DNA of 64,000 bases from contig CM097883.1 of assembly GCA_044892505.1 (NCBI GenBank), forward strand, positions 64,108,001-64,172,000, read 5' to 3'. Made by a program: the position numbers and the translations under genes. The notes below the pieces were generated by a model. That model was not told the DNA's origin. It searched no databases and saw only the letters and a program-made list of their open reading frames with translations. The DNA comes from Schmidtea nova (taxonomy: Eukaryota). Below, piece after piece: positions 12,541-22,700 of the stretch. Numbering within the stretch: position 1 is the first letter of the stretch; each line of letters begins with the position of its first letter.

Positions 12541-12726
12541 AATTGCGTCCCGCAATTACATGCATATACTTACATCAACATACATAAAAAGTTCGTGACA
12601 GAATTCACATTCAAAACCACATAAGGTGGTAGCTGTTATACCCATTTTTACACAAAGTCACACATTGTCATTGTCATGTTTATATTGTTACACAGTTCAA
12701 TGTTTCTGGCTCATAGGGGTTGATTT

Positions 12727-13251
12727 TCAGGTCCTTTCACTGGTTGACTGCATTTCGTATCGGGCTTGGATTTGTCGTAGATGACTTCTCATTCTCTGTT
12801 GGGTTTTTGCTTCTCTTTTGGCGCATCTACACATTATCATTTGTTGTTGTTTGAGGCTTCTGATTCGGTACCGGGTATATGTGATAACGATGATCAGGAT
12901 GATTGTCATTATTGTCATTGTGACTATTCCGACGATGATCCATCTGTTTCGGATTTCGGATTCGATTTGGGTTTGACCTTTGATTGGCTTTAGGTGATCT
13001 TGAAAGGTTTTATGGATTTCTCGGATCTTCTCGATTTGATCGAATAGGGTTTGTAAGGGTTTGCGATGATCATGACTGATTCGCATTTGTCGGATTAATT
13101 GTTTCAAGTCTTCTTTGACTTCGTTTAATTGTTTTTCGATTTCTTGGGATATCTCGTTTGACAGGGTTCTTTGAATTTCGGTTGTCGAAAGGTTCATGAT
13201 TATTGCAGTTAACATAATCGTTCGGATTGATAGGATTTTGAGCCAGATCAT
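12727..13251 (-). CDS. Small type I membrane protein (174 aa)
   Basis: N-terminal hydrophobic signal-like segment, helical region, TM WIIVGIVTMTIMTIILIIVITY, basic tail. Confidence 0.7.
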   Translation of the reverse strand: MIWLKILSIRTIMLTAIIMNLSTTEIQRTLSNEISQEIEKQLNEVKEDLKQLIRQMRISHDHRKPLQTLFDQIEKIREIHKTFQDHLKPIKGQTQIESEIRNRWIIVGIVTMTIMTIILIIVITYTRYRIRSLKQQQMIMCRCAKREAKTQQRMRSHLRQIQARYEMQSTSERT

Positions 13252-13324
13252 TTCTGATTATTCTACTGATTAATACCTGTTACATCGATTTGTACATTTT
13301 TACACACGGATTTTTCGCCTCTTT

Positions 13325-14485
13325 TTACACATCCGTCTCCTCTGGTTCATGGAACCCTTCATCTTGGAGTTCCATTGGTGGTGGTGGTATAAACGGTAAC
13401 CACACCACTCTGCTTCTCCACATTGCGATTTCGTTTTGATACGTTCTCGAGGTTTGTATTTCCTCGTCTAACAGATACTCCATATAGTCTGATTGTTCGC
13501 TCAGAGTTTCGATTTGTCTTTCCATTTCTTCCACTTTTTTCTTCAGGGCTTCTGTTTCTGTTGGTTCGGTTTCTACTTCTATGGTTTCTTTCTCTGCTTT
13601 CAGGGTTATTATCTGCTGTTTCAGTTCTTCGTTTTCTTTCGTAAAATTCGTTATATTTTCCTCATACGCTTGGTTTGATTCCGCATGTCTTTCCTTCACA
13701 GCTTTCAATTCCATTTTCTTTTGGGTCACCACCCCTTGATAACCATTTACATCTCTTTCCAAGCTTTCTTTTTCCCTGATCAACTTTTGTCTTTCCGCTT
13801 CCTCTTTTTGTCTAATGCCTCGCATTTCTCCATTTATCATCTGTATTTGCCATTGCGTTTTCTTTAGTTCCTTTGCCTGTTCTCGAATAAATCGCTGTCG
13901 TTTTCGACTCCATTCTTTGTTTGCTTGTTCTTGTCGCTTTCTCTGTTCCAATTCCTCTTTCAATTCGTCTATCTCTTGATACAATTTCCAATCTTCGCTG
14001 TGTGCTGTCCTTCTGATTATCTCTTTGGCTTCTTTATACACTCGTTTCGACTCCATCTTCCAATGTCTCGCTTGAGCCTTAATTGCTAGTATTTTTACCT
14101 CCATCTTTTCCTCTTGTTTCTCCCTCTCTTCTCTTCGCATTTTCATCATGTTTTTGTAATGTTCTGCTTGTTTTCTCATCAGCTGATAGGTCTCTTCTAT
14201 CTTCTGTCGACTTCGTACATTCGTTCCTTTTAGCTTCTCTATTTGTGTTGTCAGTTGTACTATCTCTTTATTCACTTCCTCGAGTTCTAGTTGATATAAC
14301 TCCATTCGTCTCTCGCATTTTAGTTTCTCGTAGTAATTATTTGTCATTACTTCGTTTAATTCTCTGGTTCTTTGTTCTACTTCCATTTTACATCTCCTTT
14401 CGATTTCTCTTTCTATTGTTTCTTGTTCGTTCAACATCTCGCTTCTCGTTTCATCTTCGATTACATGTTCATTTGCGTTTTCCAT
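13325..14485 (-). CDS. Long coiled-coil protein (386 aa) ending FIPPPP...ETDV
   Basis: E/K/R/Q-rich heptads; preceded by TTACAG|A-ATG. Confidence 0.8.
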   Translation of the reverse strand: MENANEHVIEDETRSEMLNEQETIEREIERRCKMEVEQRTRELNEVMTNNYYEKLKCERRMELYQLELEEVNKEIVQLTTQIEKLKGTNVRSRQKIEETYQLMRKQAEHYKNMMKMRREEREKQEEKMEVKILAIKAQARHWKMESKRVYKEAKEIIRRTAHSEDWKLYQEIDELKEELEQRKRQEQANKEWSRKRQRFIREQAKELKKTQWQIQMINGEMRGIRQKEEAERQKLIREKESLERDVNGYQGVVTQKKMELKAVKERHAESNQAYEENITNFTKENEELKQQIITLKAEKETIEVETEPTETEALKKKVEEMERQIETLSEQSDYMEYLLDEEIQTSRTYQNEIAMWRSRVVWLPFIPPPPMELQDEGFHEPEETDV

Positions 14486-14574
14486 TCTGTAATTTACAAA
14501 TTTACACTTGTTATACTATACGTTTATTGTTGTTGTCGATTTTTACACTTTATTTACGGGGTCGTTCATTCCGA

Positions 14575-15987
14575 CTACTCTAACCATCCTTTCGTTGACT
14601 TCGTGTTCATCACTGTTGTACTTGCTTTCTTTTCGATCTCCAACTCTACATATAAGTTGTCGTCGTACAACATCTCCCACATTGTTTGGTGTGGTATGAA
14701 TTTTGGTTCTCCAGTCGCTAATGAACATTCTGTGGTTGGTCTTTTGTAAGCCTCGTGCTTACCATCAATTTTGAATACTCTCGCTATTGTTTCTTTCGAG
14801 TTTCTCACTCTCATTATAGCCTTTGTTTCTAGTGGCCATTCTAATATGTCGTCGTAACCACCTTTACACAACGCAAAGAATAATGACACATGCGTTTCCT
14901 TTCCTGATCCATCTCCATTTGGATAAATTCTCATCCGGACTTTGTATCCGTTTTTCCACAGATAGAATGGTGGACTTGTTACCGACACTTGACTTCCTGC
15001 TTTTGCTGCTGCGAACTTTTCGTTGAAGTTCTTGATTTTCCATACATATGGTGCAACAGGTAAACTCTCGATATCCTCTGCATCTCGCACCCACATTTGA
15101 TGTCGCACGTTTACTTCTTTTACCAATGTCTCTATGACTTTGATTTTCTCCATCATTTTCTCTCTGGTGAGCTCGAATTGCTCTCTTGTTTCTAGTAATA
15201 ACTCCGTCATTATCCTCTGAGATTCGATTTCTTTTCCCAGCTTCTGTATGGTTTGTTCCATTCCGTTCAAATTTTCTGTTAACATCTCGGCGTGTTGTAC
15301 CGTTTCCGTTTCCAAATGCTCTTTCATCTCTTTGCTCGTTTTCTTTACTGCACATCCTTGTTTACTCCATATGCACTTTCTTGGTCTTGATTCGCATTGT
15401 TCCCAATGTTCTCTCAACATCACTTTTTCTCCGGTTCCACAATTACTTGGACAAATTCCTCTGAATTTTCCGCACACTTTCTCTTCTGCTACGTTGAGAT
15501 GTTCTGTTTCGATTACTTCTCTCGTCTCTTTCTGTGCACAGTATTGACACTCTATTATCTCTGCTTTGCACTCGTCCTTGTGATTTTTCGACTGCTTGAT
15601 GGTTATTGTCTGTTGACACTTTTCACATATCGCTTTCTTGTTTTCGCATTTCCCCAGATGTTGTCTTAACTCGATTATTTGTCCCTTCCATTCACAGGGT
15701 TGGTTTATACATTCTGTTTTTATTTTCCAGATCTCCTTTTGTATTGCTTTGTCTGGTTTCGTCTCGTTGATTAGTAGTTTATCGTCACACTCTGGACACT
15801 TTCTTGTCTCACTTTCCCTGATTATTTGCAATATACACTTGATGCACATCCTGCATCCACATTCCGTTTGTCTCGGTTTTAGCAGTAGATTTTTACACTT
15901 TACACACGTCACATTTACTCCCCATTGTCGATTTTCTCTTCTTAGAATCTCGATGGTTTGGTAATCTGCTTCACTTTCTGCTCTCAT
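14575..15987 (-). CDS. TRAF: TNF receptor-associated factor (TRAF2/3/5-like), intronless
   Basis: RING (CVKC..PRQTECGCRMCIKC..CPEC), TRAF zinc fingers, coiled coil and MATH domain (YVWKIKNF..SPPFY..GYKVRMRIYPNGDG..HVSLFF..DDILEWP). Confidence 0.95.
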   Translation of the reverse strand: MRAESEADYQTIEILRRENRQWGVNVTCVKCKNLLLKPRQTECGCRMCIKCILQIIRESETRKCPECDDKLLINETKPDKAIQKEIWKIKTECINQPCEWKGQIIELRQHLGKCENKKAICEKCQQTITIKQSKNHKDECKAEIIECQYCAQKETREVIETEHLNVAEEKVCGKFRGICPSNCGTGEKVMLREHWEQCESRPRKCIWSKQGCAVKKTSKEMKEHLETETVQHAEMLTENLNGMEQTIQKLGKEIESQRIMTELLLETREQFELTREKMMEKIKVIETLVKEVNVRHQMWVRDAEDIESLPVAPYVWKIKNFNEKFAAAKAGSQVSVTSPPFYLWKNGYKVRMRIYPNGDGSGKETHVSLFFALCKGGYDDILEWPLETKAIMRVRNSKETIARVFKIDGKHEAYKRPTTECSLATGEPKFIPHQTMWEMLYDDNLYVELEIEKKASTTVMNTKSTKGWLE

Positions 15988-16077
15988 TCTACAACAATAT
16001 TTACATCAATTTCCCCGTATTTTTGATTTTTTCTGGTTCTTTATTTACACGTATTTACACAGTTTTCCGCTTATTCA

Positions 16078-16428
16078 CTATACATCCTCAGTTGAATCTG
16101 GCTCTGGATACACGTCTATCTCATTTACAATCCAGCTCGTCCAACTATCCGGTATCTCTTCTTCTTCATGTCTCGTTAATCGGTCAATTTCCTCTGCTTG
16201 CCAGTTGTTCACTTCATTCAATGTTCGGTTCTCGTTCTGTAATTCGTTTATCTGTAGTTGTTGGATCTCGATTTTGTTCATTGCTTCGAAATTACAGTTA
16301 TAACTCTCGGTTAATAATTGCGTTTTGGCCGTCAACTGGCTCTGTAATTCATTTACTGTTCTGGCTAGCAGGTCGCATTGTACTTTCCATCTCGCCATCA
16401 TCGACATCTCGATATTTTCTTGGTTCAT
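16078..16428 (-). CDS. Short coiled-coil protein (116 aa) ending EPDSTEDV
   Basis: Heptad pattern; preceded by TCTAG|AAAAACG-ATG; AATAAA downstream. Confidence 0.65.
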   Translation of the reverse strand: MNQENIEMSMMARWKVQCDLLARTVNELQSQLTAKTQLLTESYNCNFEAMNKIEIQQLQINELQNENRTLNEVNNWQAEEIDRLTRHEEEEIPDSWTSWIVNEIDVYPEPDSTEDV

Positions 16429-16551
16429 CGTTTTTCTAGATTATATACATCATTCTCTTTTTTCTGTTTTTATGTTTTATAATATTTATACCCATACGTA
16501 TACGGTTATGCATTGGTTTTTACAATATTATTTACACTCATATTCCACCCT

Positions 16552-19500
16552 CTATACAACTATTACTGGTTTTCCTTCGTACAGTTCTTCGTCCTCGATC
16601 TGTACCCACATCTCTTCATGTTTTGATCGTCTTTTCAGTTCCTCTCGTACTTCTTTTGGTAGTTTTATGTTGTAGTTCGTGACCTTTACGTCTGGCCATT
16701 TTACTGCTATGGTCTTATTTCTCATGCCATATCTCCAACATACTATCATGATCGTTATCAGTGGGATACACGCTATGAATACTCCCATGCTGATTAAACC
16801 CATTATTGTTTTCCCAATGCTCCTTCTTGGAGTCTCACTTTGGTTTATCATCACGCCATATTGACCTTTCCATTCTGCTTCCCATTGTTCATATTGTTGT
16901 TGTCTCCGTCTGACTTCTTCGATCACTTTCTCTGGTTCCCATTTTTCTTGTTGATTTGGTATTGTTTCTTCCTTCTCGTTTTGTTCTCTCTTCTGACTCA
17001 ATTCTCGGAGTTCTAACTTTTTGATTCTCCTCTTTATCGGTGTGTAGTAGGTTTCGCACCTTTCTTGTGGATTTCCTTGTGTATCCACTTCTTCGATCGC
17101 ACACACTTCGTATTCTGCGTTTGTTTTCAACCTCCTCATTTCTACCTCGATTGTTTCCTTTTTGTCATTTGATGTCTTTTGACAATTTCGTGGAGACTTT
17201 CCCATACTGTTTGGCATTAATGTCCAACAGATTTCTAGGACCTTTTTATGGATCTTCCATATTATCAGAGTCGTTGATTCCGGTTCGTTTTTTGTTGACG
17301 TCCCTTCTGTTGTCTGTTGAGTTCCTTGACTGTTGGTTGTCGTGGTTCTTCTTGACTTTCTTTTCCTTTGTTGACTTCCTCCCATTTCGATCGTTCTTGT
17401 ACCGTTAATTTGCTCTGGCGTCTTGTACAGTCTGCACTCCAGGCTTCTTTGTATTACTTCTCTTATTCTTCGGATTACGCAAATTTCGTAAGCTTGTCCG
17501 ACTTCGAATCCATTTAGTTGAAACGGGATTCCTCGTTCTCTCGTTCTGCATTGCGGTAGTACGTGACTGGTCGATATTCCGATGTATTTTCTCCAACACA
17601 TCCCAATTGTTCTCCGCCCAATGTTTTTTATCTCCACTGTTACTACTTCATTCGCAATCGTTTCTTGATCTTGTTTCTTTCTTTTTGGGAACTCAATTAT
17701 CTCCTTTGCTCGGAACACTTTACACTCGCTTGTTCCTGGTCTGTTTCCGTTTGCTGCCTTTTCCATGAGACATAGTTCACATTTTTTATCTGTCTCTATT
17801 TCTGTTATTTCGATTTCTTCATTTGTCTCTGCCTCTCGACTTTCTCTTGTTTCGCTGATTCCAATTACTTCATTGTTTCGTCCCCAACATCTTCCATTCG
17901 TTGTTCGTTGGTCTTGGATATTTACTAACGTCATCACGCTGATATCTATGTCCTCCATGATTCTCTTAATGAGGATTAATATTAATGCTACACATATCAA
18001 TTCTGGTTGGAATGTTAATTTGCCTGCTGGATTTTTGGTTATTCTTTCTTTCTCTGTTCGGTTTCTGATTCCTTCTTCTGCTTCAGATTGATTCTTCCCT
18101 TTCTCTGATTCCACTTCTGTTCTTCTCGTTGTTTCTTTGCTTCTTTTCCCAATCCATTTCTGTATTTTCAGCGCTTCCGTTGCCTTATATAATTGACATG
18201 CAGTTACTTGAGGTGCTTTTGGTTCTCCTCTCTGCTTTATTGCGCATATTATGTATGACTTTTCTTTCTCCAATCCTTTGATTTGGATGACGTCTCGCTT
18301 CAAATCTGACAATATACACTTCAACGTATCATTTTTCTTCAGGTTTTCTTTCCAGCATATTCTTTCGTATACTTCATTTCCTCTGATTATCTCTAGCGTG
18401 ACGTATTGTTTCTTGGCTTCTCCTTGTCCGATGATTGTTATCAATATCGCAATACACAACATTTCTGGTCTCAAAAGTAGACTTCCTGTTCGTTTTCCAT
18501 AGTTCGCATGTTCGTCTTTTGTTCCACTGTTTTCTCGTTCTTCGGCTTCTCCTTTCTTGTCGTTTCTTGTTGGCTTTGGTTCTTCTTGTCTTTCTTTTTC
18601 ATTATCCTCCGTTCTTTTGTTGTCACTGTCTTCGTTGTTCTCTTCGTTGTTGCTTTTGTCGTCGAAATCTCTGTAACCACCCCCTGGTCCTTTCGAAATG
18701 TCGTCCTCGACATTAATTTCTTCAATCAATTTTTCATACGCTTGAACCGCGAGTGTGCTAGACTCGAATTCCCGTATTTCCATATCTTTGGATGGTTCTA
18801 TGTCTTTTAGTCTACTTTGTTTGATCGTTTCTTTGGCATTTGCCCATTCATTCACATATTTTCTGAACAAGTCTTTCCATCTTCCCGTTCGTTCGGGTTC
18901 CTTTGGATTGTTCGTGAACTTCAAATCTCTTCTCTTTAAGAATTCTTCTACTATCTCTGGCTTTTTGTGTCTTAACAACGCGCTTCTGATACACCAATTC
19001 TGATTCTGTTCTATATGGTCATTGATCTTGAATGCCGGTTCCTTGGTGATCGGGTTCACCCATGTTAGTAATGCTCTTGTTTTCTCTATGTCGTGTATCA
19101 TTACTGTCAGACTGAAATTCTTTACGTTATTCGCCAGGTATTCGATATCTTCTTGTTTCTTGATGGACTTTATGAACTTGATCATCTCAAAGTTGTTCCA
19201 CTGTATTGCGATATCTATAATGGAATTATTCTTTCCATTTTTCCCTTCGATTTTTGCTCCTGCTTCGTATAATTCACTTAGCACTTTCAGGCTCGTCTTC
19301 TTTCTTGCTGCGATTATCATGATTGTATCTCCATTATCATCAACCGTATTCATATCTGCTTCGCACTTGATCATCGCTTTCGTTATTTCTAGCGCTTCGT
19401 TTTCTTTCTTTCGACGTAATGCCCAGTGTATCGGTAATCTCCCATCCTTTGATAAAAGGGATGCTACTGGCATTTGATTCTTGATCGTTTCTATGTCACT

Positions 19501-19755
19501 CTCGTTATAATCTCCTTGTGCGTATCTGTGCACTTTCTCTGTAATCGCTCCTAGTATCTCCAACGAGTTTTTGTTCTCTTTGAATTCCGATATTCTTTCT
19601 TGCGCTTTTGCTACGATTGCGTCTAATCTCTCTTGATATTCCGCTTTTGCATTGAACAACACTGCTTTGCTTCTTATTCGCGTTTTCATCTTTTTCATCC
19701 GTTGGTCTTGATACACTGCTTGTCTGAAGAATTGTCCATATTTCAATGCTTCCAT
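16552..19755 (-). CDS. Ankyrin-repeat / 4x FN3-like / transmembrane protein (1067 aa)
   Basis: Ankyrin motifs (DGRLPIHWAL, NGDTIMIIAA), two internal signal-like segments, four CW...L...YEIC...C..Y.TP repeats and a C-terminal TM. Confidence 0.8.
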   Translation of the reverse strand: MEALKYGQFFRQAVYQDQRMKKMKTRIRSKAVLFNAKAEYQERLDAIVAKAQERISEFKENKNSLEILGAITEKVHRYAQGDYNESDIETIKNQMPVASLLSKDGRLPIHWALRRKKENEALEITKAMIKCEADMNTVDDNGDTIMIIAARKKTSLKVLSELYEAGAKIEGKNGKNNSIIDIAIQWNNFEMIKFIKSIKKQEDIEYLANNVKNFSLTVMIHDIEKTRALLTWVNPITKEPAFKINDHIEQNQNWCIRSALLRHKKPEIVEEFLKRRDLKFTNNPKEPERTGRWKDLFRKYVNEWANAKETIKQSRLKDIEPSKDMEIREFESSTLAVQAYEKLIEEINVEDDISKGPGGGYRDFDDKSNNEENNEDSDNKRTEDNEKERQEEPKPTRNDKKGEAEERENSGTKDEHANYGKRTGSLLLRPEMLCIAILITIIGQGEAKKQYVTLEIIRGNEVYERICWKENLKKNDTLKCILSDLKRDVIQIKGLEKEKSYIICAIKQRGEPKAPQVTACQLYKATEALKIQKWIGKRSKETTRRTEVESEKGKNQSEAEEGIRNRTEKERITKNPAGKLTFQPELICVALILILIKRIMEDIDISVMTLVNIQDQRTTNGRCWGRNNEVIGISETRESREAETNEEIEITEIETDKKCELCLMEKAANGNRPGTSECKVFRAKEIIEFPKRKKQDQETIANEVVTVEIKNIGRRTIGMCWRKYIGISTSHVLPQCRTRERGIPFQLNGFEVGQAYEICVIRRIREVIQRSLECRLYKTPEQINGTRTIEMGGSQQRKRKSRRTTTTNSQGTQQTTEGTSTKNEPESTTLIIWKIHKKVLEICWTLMPNSMGKSPRNCQKTSNDKKETIEVEMRRLKTNAEYEVCAIEEVDTQGNPQERCETYYTPIKRRIKKLELRELSQKREQNEKEETIPNQQEKWEPEKVIEEVRRRQQQYEQWEAEWKGQYGVMINQSETPRRSIGKTIMGLISMGVFIACIPLITIMIVCWRYGMRNKTIAVKWPDVKVTNYNIKLPKEVREELKRRSKHEEMWVQIEDEELYEGKPVIVV

Positions 19756-19764
19756 CAGCTCTTT

Positions 19765-22700
19765 TTATCGCTTGCTTATTTCTTTGTGCTGCTTTTGGAT
19801 GTCATAGAAATGTTCGAAGCTCATATCCGGATTCCATTGTTTATCACACCATTTCTTGATTAATCCGAATAGTTCTTTCTTCCTGTCTTCCAGCTTGTAT
19901 TCTCTTGGGTTCTCGCTAACCCGTAGCGTATCTCTCGCTATTAACACTGCAAGTGTTTTTGGATCGTATGTTACTTCTAATAGATGTTTCAGTAACGCAT
20001 TTTCTCCCCTTGTGAACACTTCATTACAATCTATGACCCACGAATCTCCTTCTGGTCGTTTCCACTTTAGCAATATTCTCCAGGTTTTACTGTTATTTAC
20101 TCCGATTGCTTGTTTCATGATCGATCCTCTAGTTAGTTCATCGATTTCCCACGTGGCATTTTCCGTAATATACTTCAGTATTCGGTGATTCGCTCTGTCA
20201 ATTGCATGATTCAAGAACGTTCGTCCTTCTTTATCTTTTGCCATCCAATTCGATCTGGTGTTTCCGAATAGCTTGATTATTTCATCGTTTCTTCCATGAA
20301 TTGTCATCATCATAAGTGGAGTGATTCCTTCCCAGTTCACTTTGTCAATTTCTCCTCCACCTTCGAGTATCATCTCCACGATCTCTTTCACTTTCTCGTT
20401 TCCACCGTGCTTGATTGCGTTGTGCAACGTGGTGTTGCCGTCTTTATCCTGTAGATTTAATGTCTGAGGGATCTCCTCTAGCAGCGTTCTTGTTATTGGA
20501 TGTGCTGTTCTATCCTTAGCATACTCCATTACATTCTTTCGAACTTCTGACAGTATATTGAAATCGAACCACCATTTCCATTCTGGTATGATTTCTCTGG
20601 TCCTCTTTGCCAGTTCTTTGATGTCTATTATCTCCCTTCGGTTGTCCTCTAGACTTGTTTGCGGCTTTTGTTGTACTCGCAACATATTAATTCTCGCCGT
20701 CTGTGATCTTGTCATCACCCGTTTCTCTGGTGATAGAGTTGCTGTCTTTGGTATTTTTCTGCATCGACATGCATTCACGTATATTGGTCTTACCAATGGA
20801 TTGTTCACCAATCGTACTCTCACATTATTTTGGTTAACTGTTGTTATTTCGTATGGCCCTTTGCCTGGTCGTTGGAGTTTCTTGACTGTACCGGGTATTA
20901 TCTCTGGTGTCTCAATTATCACCCAATCTCCAACTTTTAAATCATGTGCTTTCACATTCTTTTTCTGATCATGCAGATCCTTGTAACTCTCTTGATAGAA
21001 CTTGATGTTCAGTTCCGCCGTTTTCCAGATTTCTTGCATTCTTTCTTTGAACTTCGTCACGTAATCGTCAACCTCCATGTACTGTGATAATGGTGGTTGG
21101 TATTCTAAATCGATCGGTAAGTTGCAATCTCTTCCGTACATCAGTTGGAATGGACTTAGCTTTGTTGCCGCATGTATTGACATTCTGTATGCCATTAAAC
21201 ACAAGTTGATATACTCGTCCCAGTCAGTCTGATGTTTGCTGACGTAATTTGACAACATGCGTATCAATGTTCCATTGAATCTTTCTGTTTGACCGTTCGT
21301 TTGTGGATGGTATGGGGAAGTTCGTAATTTTGCAATTCGGAAGTAATTCGTAACTTCGTCTAATATTTCACTCATGAAATTTGTTCCTTGATCCGTTAGG
21401 ATTTTCTTTGGTGTTCCGTATCTGCAGCATATCTCTTCCACCAATATTCTCGCGACTGTTTTCGCTTTTTGATCTGGCATTGCGAACGCTTCTGGGAACT
21501 TTGTTAGATAGTCCGTGACTACTAAGATATATTGATTCCCCTTTAAACTTTCCGGCAATGGTCCAACCACGTCCATTGCTATCGTTGCCATCGGTTCTGC
21601 GGGTATTGGCATTGGTTTTAGTGGTGTTTTCCACTTCGTTCCGACGTTCTTTCTTGTCGCACAAGTTATGCAGTTCTTTATCCATTCTTTCACATCGTCT
21701 TCCATGGTTGGCCAAAAATACTTTTGTCTCAATCTCCCGATGGTCTTTTTCGCTGACATATGTCCGCCTAATTTTCCGTCATGATATTGAGTCATGATTT
21801 CCTTTCGCCTATTCGCAGGTAAGCACGTCAATCTCCGTTCTCCATCTTGTATCAATAACCATCCTTTTTCCATCACATATCTATGTTGATATTTCTGCAT
21901 ATGTTCGCGCAACGTTTGGTTCTTGCCGAATATTTCCCTTTCCCTTTCTTTCAGATACTTGCTGATCAATCCCAACTCCTCATCTTCGAGTTGATCTTTC
22001 CTTAATTCGCTGAAATCCAAATCTTCCGCTATTAATGCACATATTTTTAGAGCATTCAGGTTCACCAATTCTGGAAATGTAAACCTTGACATGCAATCCG
22101 CATTTGCATTTGCTTTTCCTGCTTTAAACTTTATGAACGGCGAGTATTCCTGTAACTGCATCGCCCAACGCATCAATCTACTTGATGATTCTTTATGTTG
22201 ACCTAACCATACTAGCGGTTGATGATCCGTCGTGATATATATTTCATGACCCCACAATAGGTATTTGAAATGCTTGATTGCCAATATTATCGCATAGGCT
22301 TCTCTTTCCGTGACTGAGTAATTCCTTTCATGCTTCCTGAACGTTCGACTGTAATATCCAATTACTTTTTCCTTGCCTTCTTCGTCAAATTGGCCTAGTA
22401 CTGCTCCTGCTGCGTATCCACTTGCATCTGTTGCTAACAAAAATGGCTTCTTGAAATCTGGATGGACCAGTATTGGTGCTGTAATCAGCTTATCTCGTAA
22501 TGTTTCAAATGCTGCTTGCTGTTCTGCTCCCCACACAAACGACACGTCTTGTCTTACTAATTCTTGCATTGGCTTTGATATTCCTGCATAGTCCTTGATA
22601 AACTTTCGATAATATCCACACAATCCCAAAAATTCTTGTATTTGAGTCACTGTTTTCGGTGGTGGACATTCTTTGACTTTTTCGATATTCCTTGGATCTG

